From: an uncultured Alphaproteobacteria bacterium
GTDB lineage: Bacteria > Pseudomonadota > Alphaproteobacteria > Rhizobiales > Xanthobacteraceae
DNA length: 64,000 nucleotides
Reading direction: 5' to 3'
NCBI GenBank assembly: GCA_963797775.1
Contig: CAWCQV010000029.1
Coordinates: 75,964-139,963, forward strand
A program made the position numbers and the translations under genes. The notes beneath the pieces were generated by a model, which saw nothing but the letters and a program-made list of their open reading frames with translations, was not told where the DNA came from and did no database searches. Below, piece after piece: positions 35,427 to 46,007 of the stretch (its first letter is position 1; the number at the start of each line of letters is the position of its first letter).

Positions 35427-36701
35427 TCAATGATGCAGCAGCACCATCGAGATGGCCGGAATATAGGTGATGATCAACAGCGCCGCAAAATTCAGCACCA
35501 GAAACGGCAGGACGCCAAGATAAATCCGGCTTAGCGGCGCATTGAAAATCGCTTGCGAGGAGAACAGGTTTAGACCGAATGGCGGCGTGTACATGCCAAG
35601 GCTGAGATTGACCGCCACGATAATCCCGAAATGAATGGGATTGACACCGACGCCGCGCACGATCGGCAAGAGAAGCGGGGTGAGGATCAGGATCGCCGCG
35701 GGCGGCTCGAGGAAACTTCCCGCTATCAACAGCCCGATATTGAGGATGAGGAGCAGCTCCCATTTCGGCATTTGCAACGCGTCGATCGAGGCGACAATCT
35801 GCTGCGGAATGCCGCTCGTCGTCAACAGCCAGGAGTAGATGCCGGCCGAAGTGACGATGAGCAGGATTTGCGAAATGAGAAACGAGGCGCTCAACAGGAT
35901 CTGCCAGCAGCGGCGAATGTCGACTTCGCGGTAGATGACCATGGTCACGAATAGCGAATAGACCACCGCGACACCGGCGGCTTCGGTCGGCGTGAACACC
36001 CCGCCGTAGATGCCGCCGAAGATCACGGCGAGCGAGCCGATCGACCAGCTGGCATCTTTGCTCGTCTTCCATATTGTTTCCCAGTGCGCCTTGGCGCCGA
36101 GCGGAACGCCTCTCAGTCTCGCATACGTCATCACAAAGGCGGCATCGATGACGCCGATGAGAATGCTCGGCAGGATGCCGGCGGTAAACAGCTGAACTGC
36201 GGACTGCTCCGCCGACACGGCGTAAAGGATCATTGCAATCGACGGCGGGATGACGACGGCAATCGCGCCGGATGAGGCGATTAGGCCGACGGCAAAGCGG
36301 TCGTTGTAGCCGCCGTCCCTCAGCGACGGATAAATCATCCGCCCCATGGCGACGACGGTGCCGACCGCGGTGTGTGACATGGCGCCGAACAATTCGGAGG
36401 CCGCGACCGTGGTCACTGCGAGCGAGCCGCGTATGCCGCCGACAATCGCCATCACCATATTGATGATGCGCCGCGCGATGCCGCCCTGCGCCATGATCTC
36501 GCCGGCCAGCACAAAGAACGGAACGGCGAGCAACGGAAAATTATCCAGGCTGCCGAACATGTAAGTTTGGATGGCGTCGGTCGGAATGTCGCGAGAGACG
36601 GTCAGCACCGCGACGATCGAGGTGACCAGCAGGATGAGAAAGATCGGGAAGCCCAGGACGAGCCCGACGATCGGCAGGCCAAAAAATACGAGATAGCCCA
36701 T
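35427..36701 (-). CDS. dctM: TRAP transporter large permease subunit
   Basis: 424-aa polytopic protein, immediately downstream of the small subunit and the DctP-type binding proteins. Confidence 0.9.
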   Translation of the reverse strand: MGYLVFFGLPIVGLVLGFPIFLILLVTSIVAVLTVSRDIPTDAIQTYMFGSLDNFPLLAVPFFVLAGEIMAQGGIARRIINMVMAIVGGIRGSLAVTTVAASELFGAMSHTAVGTVVAMGRMIYPSLRDGGYNDRFAVGLIASSGAIAVVIPPSIAMILYAVSAEQSAVQLFTAGILPSILIGVIDAAFVMTYARLRGVPLGAKAHWETIWKTSKDASWSIGSLAVIFGGIYGGVFTPTEAAGVAVVYSLFVTMVIYREVDIRRCWQILLSASFLISQILLIVTSAGIYSWLLTTSGIPQQIVASIDALQMPKWELLLILNIGLLIAGSFLEPPAAILILTPLLLPIVRGVGVNPIHFGIIVAVNLSLGMYTPPFGLNLFSSQAIFNAPLSRIYLGVLPFLVLNFAALLIITYIPAISMVLLHH

Positions 36702-36713
36702 CGTCGCTGCCTC

Positions 36714-37220
36714 TTAATGCGAAGTATCGGTGCCACCGGCGCCGCGCCGCCAGCGCACAATCAGCCGAACCGCGACCAGCAGCCCCATCAAGCCGTAGCC
36801 GACCGGCACCATCGACTGCGGAATGACCAGGGGGAAATTCGCTGCCTGGCTGCGCTCATCGAAGGCCGCAAGCTCGCTGACGACGGGCCAGGCGAACACC
36901 GTCACCGCAATCGCGGTCGCGATCATCACCAGCTCGGACAGCAGATTGGCGAGATCGCGGAGCTTCGGCGGCAAACTGTTGATGACGACGTCCATGCGGA
37001 TTTGTCGCCCCTCCCAGGCCACCGCGCAGCATCCGGTGAACACGCAGCCGACCATGAGAAACAGCATGATCTCTTCGGCCCATGGGATCGACACGCTGAA
37101 AAAGTAGCGGCCGATGATGTTGGCAAAATTGATCGCCACGCTCGAAATCAGGCAAATCGCCGCCACCGCGCGAGTGATCGCAAGAAGCCCACCAATGCCT
37201 TTGACGACAGCCTCGATCAC
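36714..37220 (-). CDS. dctQ: TRAP transporter small permease subunit
   Basis: 168 aa with 4 TM segments, lying between the dctP paralogs and dctM. Confidence 0.85.
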   Translation of the reverse strand: MIEAVVKGIGGLLAITRAVAAICLISSVAINFANIIGRYFFSVSIPWAEEIMLFLMVGCVFTGCCAVAWEGRQIRMDVVINSLPPKLRDLANLLSELVMIATAIAVTVFAWPVVSELAAFDERSQAANFPLVIPQSMVPVGYGLMGLLVAVRLIVRWRRGAGGTDTSH

Positions 37221-37268
37221 GGCCGGACCTTTCGTCTCACTCGCGCGCGGGGCTACTTCCAGACCGGA

Positions 37269-38315
37269 TCACTGACTCGGAGCCTGCCGCGTCCGCTTCG
37301 CCGCATCGGCCACGATCTCGTAGGCGTCGCGGAGTGCCGGCTTCGACTGGGATACGTCTTCGCCGACGCTGGCGAGCGTTTTCATTAGGTCGGCCTGTTC
37401 GCCGGGCGGCAGTCTGATCAGTTCGCCGCCCTGCGCCACCCAGGCCTGGCGCTGGTCTTGATACATTTTCAGCGCGACCGGATTGATGTCCTTCGACACT
37501 TTAGCGCCGTCCTGGTCAACGATCTGCTGCAAGTCCTTGGGCAGCGAGTCATACCATTTCTGGCTGACTTCAAGGATGATGAAGATGGCGGGCTGGTTGG
37601 TCTCGGTAACGTATTTTGCCGCATCGGCGAAGTGGAGGTGGACAAACGGTCCGATGCCAGCGACCGAACCGTCGATGGCGCCTTGCTGGAGCGCCGGCAA
37701 AACATCGCCGAGAGTCATCGCCACCGGTGTCGCGCCAAGCCGGTCGAATGCGACCGACTGAAATTGCGAGGCGAAGATCCTGATCTTCTTGCCTTTAAAG
37801 TCGGCGAGATGGCGGATGGCGAACTTTGAGATAACGCAGGACGGCTGAGCGATTATGAGGCCAACGCCGTGCAATCCCTTGTTGGCGCCCAATCCGAGCA
37901 TCAGTTTCAAGACCGCCGGATCGGCAGCAACGCGTTGGCCGTGCTCGATGGTGTCGACGAGACCGGGCGCCGCCATGACTTCGAAGCGCTCGTCCACACC
38001 GACAAAAAACTCCGGTGGAACCGCGGCCGCCTGGATAGAGCCGAACTGCGTACCTTCGATTTGACGTGGAATCGAGCCCAACTGGCTCGCCGGATAGACC
38101 TCGCCTTTGATGCGACCGCCCGAATCCTTCTCGACCGCTGCAGCGAAGTCCTTGGCGAATTGGTGCGGCGCATCGTTGATGGTCGGAAGGGTCACCTTCA
38201 TCACGTAAGTCTTGTCTTCGGCCCGTGCGGCGCCGCTCGTCAGAGCCAACGATAAGGCCAGCGCGCCAACGGCCGACACCGCCCGCGCTATAGCTTTAAT
38301 GCCGATGAAAATCAC
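37269..38315 (-). CDS. dctP: TRAP transporter substrate-binding protein (DctP family), paralog 1
   Basis: Contains ...ARAEDKTYVMKVTLPTINDAPHQFAKDFAAAVEKDSGGRIKGEVYPASQLGS... The start is set at GTG 38315, which lies 6 nt after AGGGAG. The track ORF start at 38432 is probably over-extended. Confidence 0.85.
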   Translation of the reverse strand: MIFIGIKAIARAVSAVGALALSLALTSGAARAEDKTYVMKVTLPTINDAPHQFAKDFAAAVEKDSGGRIKGEVYPASQLGSIPRQIEGTQFGSIQAAAVPPEFFVGVDERFEVMAAPGLVDTIEHGQRVAADPAVLKLMLGLGANKGLHGVGLIIAQPSCVISKFAIRHLADFKGKKIRIFASQFQSVAFDRLGATPVAMTLGDVLPALQQGAIDGSVAGIGPFVHLHFADAAKYVTETNQPAIFIILEVSQKWYDSLPKDLQQIVDQDGAKVSKDINPVALKMYQDQRQAWVAQGGELIRLPPGEQADLMKTLASVGEDVSQSKPALRDAYEIVADAAKRTRQAPSQ

Positions 38316-38576
38316 GTCGATCTCCCTCTGATGCGCATCAGTTCCAAGTGGAAACTTCAAGGCACCGTATGTGCCGGCGCGAGCGCCGGAGACGGTTATC
38401 GAGGCTTCCATGGCCTTCGCTTTTTTTGACATTTTTATTTAACGGACAGGCGCATCCGATAAACACCGGTCCCCATTGCGAAAGTCCGCCGCTCACGTTA
38501 GATGACCGACGCCTGTCGGACAATGGAATTTTCGTCCGGCCGGCGCCACGCGGCATCAAGTCGCCGAGCGGTAAAG

Positions 38577-39578
38577 TCATCGCGCCCTTTGCGCCGCCGT
38601 GGCGATTATTTGATAGGCAGCGTTGAGCTGCGGTTTGCCTTTGGAGACGTCTTCGCCGACGCTGGCGAGTTCGTTCAGCATCGCCGCCTGGTCGTCGGCC
38701 GGCAGGCTTATCAACTCGCCGCCGTTGTCAATCCAGGTTTTGCGCGCCTTGGCATTGAAATCGGCCGCCCACGGCGCGATCGCGCCGGACACCGCGGCGG
38801 CGTCCTTATCGACAATCTGCTGCAAGCCCACCGGCAACGAACCGTACCATTTCTTGCTGATCTCGGCGATCCCGAAGACCATGGGTTGGTCGGTTTCAGT
38901 GACGTATTTGGCGGCCTCCCAATATTGCATCGTCGTGATAGCCGTGATGCTGGAGACGGCGCCGTCGATCGCATTGTCCTGCAGCGCCGGCAGCACTTCG
39001 CCTAACGTCATCGGTTTCGGCGTCGCACCGAGCCGCTGGATCGCCACGGTCTGGAACTCCGAGGCGAAAACCCGGATCTTCTTGCCCTTGAAGTCGGCAA
39101 GGCGGCGGATAGGCTTTGTGGCGACGACCGAAGACGGCGCCACCATGAATAGCGCGACGCCGTGCAGCCCCTTGTCGGCTCCGAGGCCGAGCATCAGCTT
39201 GCGTACCGCCGGATCGGCGGCCAGGCGCTGTCCCTCGGCTATCGACTTGACGAGGCCGGGGGCCGCCAGAACTTCGAACCGTTCATCGATACCGACCAGA
39301 AATTCCGGCGGCGCCACCAGACACTCGATCTCGCCAAACTGCACGCCTTCGGCCTGGCGCTGCGTCGAGCCCAATTGGCTGGCAGGATAGATCTCGGCCT
39401 TGATGCGGCCGCCCGAATCCTTCTCGACGGCGGCCGCATAATTCCTCGCGAATTCGTGCAACTGATCGTTCACCGTCGCCAGCGTGATCTTCATCACATA
39501 GGGTTTGTCATCCGCCGCCGCCGCCGCGGATGACGTGATGATGCACAAGACGAAGGCTGCGGCGCGGACGCGCCGCAT
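38577..39578 (-). CDS. TRAP transporter substrate-binding protein (DctP family), paralog 2
   Basis: Collinear with paralog 1 (DDKPYVMKITLATVNDQLHEF...YPASQLGSTQRQAEG). Start is MRRVRAAAFVL (39578) or 39602. Confidence 0.85.
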   Translation of the reverse strand: MRRVRAAAFVLCIITSSAAAAADDKPYVMKITLATVNDQLHEFARNYAAAVEKDSGGRIKAEIYPASQLGSTQRQAEGVQFGEIECLVAPPEFLVGIDERFEVLAAPGLVKSIAEGQRLAADPAVRKLMLGLGADKGLHGVALFMVAPSSVVATKPIRRLADFKGKKIRVFASEFQTVAIQRLGATPKPMTLGEVLPALQDNAIDGAVSSITAITTMQYWEAAKYVTETDQPMVFGIAEISKKWYGSLPVGLQQIVDKDAAAVSGAIAPWAADFNAKARKTWIDNGGELISLPADDQAAMLNELASVGEDVSKGKPQLNAAYQIIATAAQRAR

Positions 39579-39658
39579 GATTTCACGTCCCGCAATGACC
39601 ATAGGTGCCTCCGGTCGCTACTGGCACGAATGAGGCGCGCCCCATACCGGGGGCGCAA

Positions 39659-40705
39659 TTACTGGTTCGCGGTCGGCGCCGTCCGTGCAGCCGCGTCGGT
39701 CACTATTTTGTAGGCCGCGGCAAGCTGTGGATCCGATTTCGACACGTCCGTGCCGACGCTGGAAAGCGTTTTCATCATCGCGGCCTGCTCGTCCGGGGGC
39801 AGATTGATCTGTTCGCCGCCAGCGGCAACCCATGCGGCTTCTGATTTCTTTCGAAGATCGGTTGCAACGGATTGAATAGCAATCGATTGCGCGGCGGCGT
39901 CTTTGTCGATGATCTGCTGCAAATCGGGTGGCAACGAGTCGTACCACTTCTTGCTAACTTCGGCGACGAGGAAGATCGCCGGCTGATTGACCATGGTTAT
40001 GTATTTGGACGCATCAATGAAGTGCAAATGGACGAACGGTCCGACGCCGGCGACGGCGCCGTCGATAGCGCCCTGCTGCAGCGCCGGCAGCACGTCGCCA
40101 AGCGTCATAGCGACCGGCGTCACGCCAAGACGGTTCCATGCCTCGCTTTGGAATTTCGAAGAAAAAGTCCGAAGTTTCTTGCCCTTGAAATCAGCCAGGT
40201 GGCGGATGGGGTTTTTTGAAATCACGTCGGATGGTTCGGCCATCATCAGTGCGACGCCGTGCAGACCCTTATCGGCGCCAAGCGACAGCATCAACTTGAC
40301 CACTGCGGGATCCGCCGCGACCTTCTGACCGTGTCCCACCAACTCGACGAGCCCCGGAGCGGCCATTACCTCGAAGCGCTCATCGACGCCGACAAAGAAT
40401 TCCGGCGGGATAACCGAACATTGAATGGAGCCGAATTGCGTTCCTTCGATCTGCCGCGGGATGGCGCCGAGCTGGCTGGCCGGATAAACCTCGACCTTGA
40501 TACGCCCGCCGGAATCCTTTTCGACCGCAGCTCCGTACATGTTGGCAAACGTGTCCGGCACATCGTGAATGGTCGGGGTCGAAATTTTCATTACGTAAGT
40601 TTTGTCTTGCGCTTGTGCGCCGCCGAGCGACAGGGCCAAGGCCCCGGCTAACACGCCCGTTGCAAGCACCGAACGAGCGATCGGCGCCGGTTTAATGGAT
40701 TTCAT
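39659..40705 (-). CDS. TRAP transporter substrate-binding protein (DctP family), paralog 3
   Basis: MKSIKPAPIARSVLATGVLAGALALSLGGAQAQDKTYVMKISTPTIHDVPD... A GGGAGGA RBS lies upstream of ATG 40705. Confidence 0.88.
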   Translation of the reverse strand: MKSIKPAPIARSVLATGVLAGALALSLGGAQAQDKTYVMKISTPTIHDVPDTFANMYGAAVEKDSGGRIKVEVYPASQLGAIPRQIEGTQFGSIQCSVIPPEFFVGVDERFEVMAAPGLVELVGHGQKVAADPAVVKLMLSLGADKGLHGVALMMAEPSDVISKNPIRHLADFKGKKLRTFSSKFQSEAWNRLGVTPVAMTLGDVLPALQQGAIDGAVAGVGPFVHLHFIDASKYITMVNQPAIFLVAEVSKKWYDSLPPDLQQIIDKDAAAQSIAIQSVATDLRKKSEAAWVAAGGEQINLPPDEQAAMMKTLSSVGTDVSKSDPQLAAAYKIVTDAAARTAPTANQ

Positions 40706-40832
40706 GAATTCCTCCCTGTTCGGCTGGACCAGCATCGGACATGCCCTCGCCTCGGCCATTAGGATACAGCAAACCTGCAACGGGAGCTGGCGGAATTCCG
40801 ATCTACGGGAGCACGCCGCGCGTTGCTGCCGA

Positions 40833-41872
40833 TCACTGGCTCGCGGTTTGCGCGGCCCGCGCCGCCGCGTCGGTCACGATCTTATAGGCTGCGGCAAGCT
40901 GCGGATTCGACTTCGATACATCCGCGCCGACGCTTGAAAGCGTCTTCATCAGAGTTGCCTGCTCATCAGGCGGCAGCTTTATCTCCTCGCCACCACTAGC
41001 TGTATAATTTGCCTCGGATTTGGCGCGGAATTGGGCGGCAGTGGGAGCAATAGCGATAAACTCCGCCGCTCCACCCCACTCAACAATTTCCTGCAGACCT
41101 TGGGTAAGGAATCGTACCATTTCCTGTTGACTACAACGATGAGAAAAATCGACGGTTGATTGGTCATCGTCACGTATTTCGCCGCATCGACAAAGTGCAT
41201 ATGGGTAATGGGGCCCATTCCCGTGACAGCGCCATCGATGGCGCCTTGCTGGATGGCCGGCAGGACGTCGCCAAGCGACATGGCCACGGGCGTCACGCCA
41301 AGTCGCTCAAATGCCACGCTTTGGAACTGCGAAGCGAAAATACGGATCTTCTTGCCCTTGAAGTCCGCGAGCGTGCGGATCGGGTTCTTGGTCACGATGT
41401 CAGAGGGTTCGGCCATAAACAAGCCGACACCGTGTAGGCCTTTATCGACGCCGAGCGAGAACATCAGCTTGCGGACCTCGGGATCGGCAGCGACCTTCTG
41501 ACCCTGCGCGAGCGACGCGACTAGCCCCGGCGCGGCCATGACCCCAAAACGCTCGTCGAGACCAACCATAAACTCCGGCGGAACGACTTCGCACTGAATC
41601 GCGCCGAACTGCGTGCCTTCGATCTGGCGCGGGATCGAGCCGAGCTGGCTCGCGGGATAAACCTGGACCTTGATGCGGCCGCCGGAATCCTTTTCCAGCG
41701 CCGCGCCGTAGTTTCTGGCCCAGGTGTCGGGAACGTCGTTGATGGTCGGGGTCGAAATCTTCATCTCGTAGGTCTGGCTTTGCGCCCGCGCCGCGCCGAG
41801 CGGCAGCGCCAAGGCGAAGGCAGTCGCGGCAACGATTGAACGCGCCACGCGGCTGCGTTGCATGCTGTTCAT
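40833..41872 (-). pseudogene. TRAP substrate-binding protein paralog 4, split by a 1-nt deletion near 41098
   Basis: ORF 40979-41965 follows the paralogs up to ...KWYDSLPK and then reads out of frame. ORF 40833-41120 (..GLQEIVEWGGAAEF...GGEEIKLPPDEQATLMKTLSSVG...) resumes the alignment. Changing CCCAAGGTCTG to CCCAAGGGTCTG would restore the frame. Confidence 0.75.
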
Positions 41873-42044
41873 ATTGCCCTCCCTGTCGGCAACGCTTGCG
41901 GCACCGCGCCAGGGCGATGGCGAGCTCCCCCATGCCGAGACGGTAAAGATACAGTAATTTTGCAACCGTGGCGCGTAGAAATCTCGGTCTGTGACGGACT
42001 GCCGCGCCCGCTTTAGCGGTCACGCGCGGCACGGCGAAACGTGG

Positions 42045-43094
42045 TCACCGCCGGTGATAATCGCGATACCAGGCCACGAATTTATGCACGCCTTGTTCGA
42101 TCGGCGTCGACGGGCGGAAACCGACGTTGCGCATCAGGTCGTCGACATCGGCGCAGGTTTCCGGGACATCGCCGGGCTGCATCGGCACAAGCTCGGTCTT
42201 AGCCTTACGGCCGAATTCCTGCTCCAGCAATTCGACGACGCGCAGCACCTCGACTGTGCGGTTGTTGCCGATATTGTAGATTCGCCATGGCGCGGCGCTG
42301 CTGGCCGGATCGGGTTCGCCGCCCGGCGGCGGGCCGGTTCTCGCCGGCACGCGGGAGATAACCCGTTCGACCGCCTCGATGGCGTCATCGACATACGTGA
42401 AATCCCGCCGCATGCGGCCGTAATTGAACAATCTTATCGGCCGGTTCTCGGCGATAGCCTTGGCGAACATGAACATCGCCATATCCGGTCGGCCCCACGG
42501 ACCGTAGACGGTGAAGAACCGCAATCCGGTCGTGGGCAGATCGTAGAGATAACTGTAGGCGTGGGCCATCAGCTCGTTTGCCTTTTTGGTCGCGGCGTAG
42601 AGACTGATCGGATGATCGACATTGTCATGTACGGAAAACGGTAACCGCGTATTGGCGCCATAGACCGAACTCGATGACGCGAACACGAGATGCTCGGTGC
42701 GGCGATGACGGCAGCCTTCCAAAACGTTGAGGAAGCCCGCGAGATTGGCGTCGAGATAGGCGTGAGGGTTTTGCAGCGAGTAGCGCACGCCGGCCTGTGC
42801 AGCGAGATGCACCACCGGACCGAAATCGCCGTCGTGAAATAACGCATCGCTGCTTTTGCGATCGGCGAGATCGAGCTTGCGGAAAAAGAAGTTGTTAAAT
42901 TGCCGCAAAACCGCGAGCCGCGCCTCTTTGAGCGCGGGATCGTAATAATCGTTGACGCTATCGACGCCGACAACGGCGCGACCGCCCTCCAGAAGCCGGC
43001 GCGCCAGGGCAAAGCCGATAAAACCAGCCGCGCCGGTGATCAGGACGGGATGTTGCGACGTTGTCAGGTCTGCGCGCTTATCGTTCGGCGTCAC
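42045..43094 (-). CDS. NAD-dependent epimerase/dehydratase (UDP-glucuronate 4-epimerase-like)
   Basis: 349 aa. Contains VLITGAAGFIGFALARRLLEGG...VNDYYDPALKEARL... and YAATKKANE (the YxxxK motif). It has a 4-nt overlap with the cysNC stop. Confidence 0.85.
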   Translation of the reverse strand: MTPNDKRADLTTSQHPVLITGAAGFIGFALARRLLEGGRAVVGVDSVNDYYDPALKEARLAVLRQFNNFFFRKLDLADRKSSDALFHDGDFGPVVHLAAQAGVRYSLQNPHAYLDANLAGFLNVLEGCRHRRTEHLVFASSSSVYGANTRLPFSVHDNVDHPISLYAATKKANELMAHAYSYLYDLPTTGLRFFTVYGPWGRPDMAMFMFAKAIAENRPIRLFNYGRMRRDFTYVDDAIEAVERVISRVPARTGPPPGGEPDPASSAAPWRIYNIGNNRTVEVLRVVELLEQEFGRKAKTELVPMQPGDVPETCADVDDLMRNVGFRPSTPIEQGVHKFVAWYRDYHRR

Positions 43095-44995
43095 AAAAGC
43101 ATGCCGCGCCGCTGCATGAAATCGATGATGCGATCGGCGAGGTCGCCGGCGCTTTCGTTGAGCGCGTCGAGGATCAATTCGGGATTGACGGGCGGCTCGT
43201 AGGCCGAATCGATTCCAGTGAAATTCTGTAACTCACCCCGTCGCGCCTTCTTATACAGGCCCTTGGGATCGCGCCGTTCGCAAGTTTCGAATGGCGTGTT
43301 GACGAAAATTTCGACGAATTCGCCCGGCCCGACGAGTTCGCGCGCCATCTCGCGCTCCGCCCGGAACGGCGAGATGAAGGAAACCAGCGTAATCAGGCCC
43401 GCCTCGACGAACAATTTCGCCACTTCGGCGACGCGGCGGATATTCTCGACGCGGTCGGCTTCGGTAAAACCGAGATCGCGATTGAGCCCGTGGCGGACAT
43501 TGTCGCCGTCAAGCACGAATGTATGCTTGCCGAGCGCGTGAAGCTTCTTTTCCAACTGATCGGCAATGGTCGATTTGCCGGCGCCGGACAGGCCGGTGAA
43601 CCACAGCAGCGCCGGCTGTTGTGCATTCAGTCCCGCGCGCGCCGCCTTCGTGACTTCGAAGGCTTGAAAATAGGTATTGGCGGAGCGGCGTAGACCAAAG
43701 CGGATCAGGCCCGCACCCACCGTGGCGTTGCTATGGCGGTCAATTAGAATAAACCCGCCGGTCTCGCGGCTGTCGTCGTAGGGGTCGAAGCTGATGGGCT
43801 CCGCGGTGGCGACATTGACGAACGCGATTTCGTTGAGATGCAGTTCCTTGGCGGCGAGATGCTCGAAATTTTCGATATCGATGCGATATTTAAGTTCCGT
43901 CACAGTGGCGCTGACGCTCTGTGCCCCGGCTTTGAGCAGATAGGTCCGGCCGGGCAAGAGCGGGATTTCCGACATCCAAATGAGATGCGCAGCCACAGCA
44001 TCGGCCCGCTGCGGCGGTTCCTCGACGGAGCTGATAATATCGCCGCGCGATACGTCGATGGCGTCCGCCAGCACAACGGTCACGGCATCGGAGGCCGATG
44101 CGGCGTCGAGATCGCCGTCCATGGACACGATGCGCGCGATGCGCGATTGCACCCCGGTGCGCGGAACGACGATTTCCATACCTTGCCGCAACACGCCAGA
44201 CGTAACCGTTCCGGCATAACCGCGGAAATTCGCATCCGGCCGATTGACATATTGCACCGGCAGCCGAAGCGGCGCCGCTCCTGGCCGCTCGCCCACCGCG
44301 ATGGTCTCCAGATATTCAAGCAACGGGACGCCGCGGTACCACGGCATCCGCGGGCTGTTCTGCACCACGTTGTCGCCGTAGAGCGCGGACGTTGGAATGG
44401 CGACAAAGCGGCAACCGTCAAATCGGCCGGCGAATTGCGCAAAGCCTTCGGCAATGGCCAGAAACCGGTGCTCGTCGAAGCCGATCAAGTCCATCTTGTT
44501 CACGACGAGGATCAAATCGCGAATGCCTAGCAGCGAGCACAGGTAGGCATGCCGCCGCGTCTGTTCGAGAAGGCCTTTCGCCGCGTCGACCAATAGGATC
44601 GCGAGATCCGAAGTCGACGCCCCGGTGACCATGTTGCGCGTGTAGTCCTTGTGGCCCGGCGTGTCGGCCACGATGAAGCGCCGCCGCGGCGTACCGAAAT
44701 AGCGATAGGCGACGTCGATCGTGATGCCCTGCTCGCGTTCAGCCTCGAGCCCATCCACCAGCAATGCGGGATCGACGTCGCCCGCGACCGTGCCATGCGT
44801 CTTGGAATCGCGTGTCAGCGCCGCAACGTGATCGTCGAAAACGAGCGATGCATCGAGGAGAAGCCGGCCGATCAGCGTCGACTTACCGTCGTCGACGGAG
44901 CCGCAAGTGAGAACGCAGAGCTGGTCGCGGTCGGCGGCGAATGGACCCGATGCAACGGCGGCGATGGCGATGCCTGGATCAGAAATAGCCTTCAC
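43091..44995 (-). CDS. cysNC: Bifunctional sulfate adenylyltransferase subunit 1 / adenylylsulfate kinase (CysNC, NodQ-like)
   Basis: 634 aa. The GTPase domain has [16 protein letters not shown] and DTPGH. The C-terminal APS kinase domain has [14 protein letters not shown]. Confidence 0.92.
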   Translation of the reverse strand: MKAISDPGIAIAAVASGPFAADRDQLCVLTCGSVDDGKSTLIGRLLLDASLVFDDHVAALTRDSKTHGTVAGDVDPALLVDGLEAEREQGITIDVAYRYFGTPRRRFIVADTPGHKDYTRNMVTGASTSDLAILLVDAAKGLLEQTRRHAYLCSLLGIRDLILVVNKMDLIGFDEHRFLAIAEGFAQFAGRFDGCRFVAIPTSALYGDNVVQNSPRMPWYRGVPLLEYLETIAVGERPGAAPLRLPVQYVNRPDANFRGYAGTVTSGVLRQGMEIVVPRTGVQSRIARIVSMDGDLDAASASDAVTVVLADAIDVSRGDIISSVEEPPQRADAVAAHLIWMSEIPLLPGRTYLLKAGAQSVSATVTELKYRIDIENFEHLAAKELHLNEIAFVNVATAEPISFDPYDDSRETGGFILIDRHSNATVGAGLIRFGLRRSANTYFQAFEVTKAARAGLNAQQPALLWFTGLSGAGKSTIADQLEKKLHALGKHTFVLDGDNVRHGLNRDLGFTEADRVENIRRVAEVAKLFVEAGLITLVSFISPFRAEREMARELVGPGEFVEIFVNTPFETCERRDPKGLYKKARRGELQNFTGIDSAYEPPVNPELILDALNESAGDLADRIIDFMQRRGMLL

Positions 44996-45920
44996 GTTTC
45001 TTCTTCTCCATGGAATCGCCCTCGTCGTGACCGATCAAACGACCGGCGCGTTCGGAGGTCGCAGCAGCTTGCATTTCTTCGACGATGTCGGCGACCGTGG
45101 CGGCGCCGGACTCGATGGCGCCGGTGAGCGGATAGCAGCCGAGTGTGCGAAACCGCACCGTGCGGATAACCGGCCCCTCCTCGGGCTCTAGCGGCAGCCG
45201 TTCGTCGTCGACGACAATAAGGCCGCCGCTTCTTTGCACGACTCGGCGCGGCGCCGCGAAGTAAAGCGGCACCACCGGGATTTTCTGGTGCTCGATATAG
45301 CGCCAGACGTCGAGCTCAGTCCAATTGGACAGCGGGAAAACTCTGATCGATTCGCCCGCGGCGACACGGCAATTGTAGAGGTGCCACAGTTCGGGCCGCT
45401 GGTTCTTCGGATCCCAGACATGAGCGGCGGAGCGGAACGAGAACACGCGCTCCTTGGCCCGGCTTTTCTCTTCGTCGCGGCGCGCGCCGCCGAATGCGGC
45501 ATCGAAGCCATATTGGCTCAGCGCCTGTTTCAGCGCCTCGGTTTTCATGACGTGGGTGTAGTACGACGAGCCGTGGGTGAACGGATTGACGCCTTGAGCC
45601 ACACCGTCGCGATTGATGTGCACGATCAAATCGAGCCCAAGCCCCGCGGCTGTCTCGTCGCGGAATCGGATCATTTCGCGGAATTTCCACGTGGTATCGA
45701 TATGCAGAAGTGGAAATGGCAAGGCTGAAGGAAAGAATGCCTTGCGCGCAAGATGCAGCAGGACCGAGGAGTCCTTGCCGATCGAATAGAGCAGAACCGG
45801 CTTCTTAAATTCAGCCGCCACCTCGCGGAATATGTGGATTGCTTCCGCTTCGAGGCGGCGCAGGTCGGGTGGCGGCAATCGGTCGGTCAAGTTGCGATCT
45901 CGAGTTCGATGATTCAACAC
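44979..45920 (-). CDS. cysD: Sulfate adenylyltransferase subunit 2 (CysD, NodP-like)
   Basis: 313 aa. Contains [19 protein letters not shown] and [20 protein letters not shown] (PP-loop). It has a 17-nt overlap with the cysNC start. Confidence 0.92.
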   Translation of the reverse strand: MLNHRTRDRNLTDRLPPPDLRRLEAEAIHIFREVAAEFKKPVLLYSIGKDSSVLLHLARKAFFPSALPFPLLHIDTTWKFREMIRFRDETAAGLGLDLIVHINRDGVAQGVNPFTHGSSYYTHVMKTEALKQALSQYGFDAAFGGARRDEEKSRAKERVFSFRSAAHVWDPKNQRPELWHLYNCRVAAGESIRVFPLSNWTELDVWRYIEHQKIPVVPLYFAAPRRVVQRSGGLIVVDDERLPLEPEEGPVIRTVRFRTLGCYPLTGAIESGAATVADIVEEMQAAATSERAGRLIGHDEGDSMEKKKREGYF

Positions 45921-46007
45921 GGCAGTGGCGCTCGACTAATGAGCGGCCATCGGATGCAAGTCGGCAATCGCGTTCCCATTTTCCGCCGAAGCATCAGCCG
46001 AATTATC

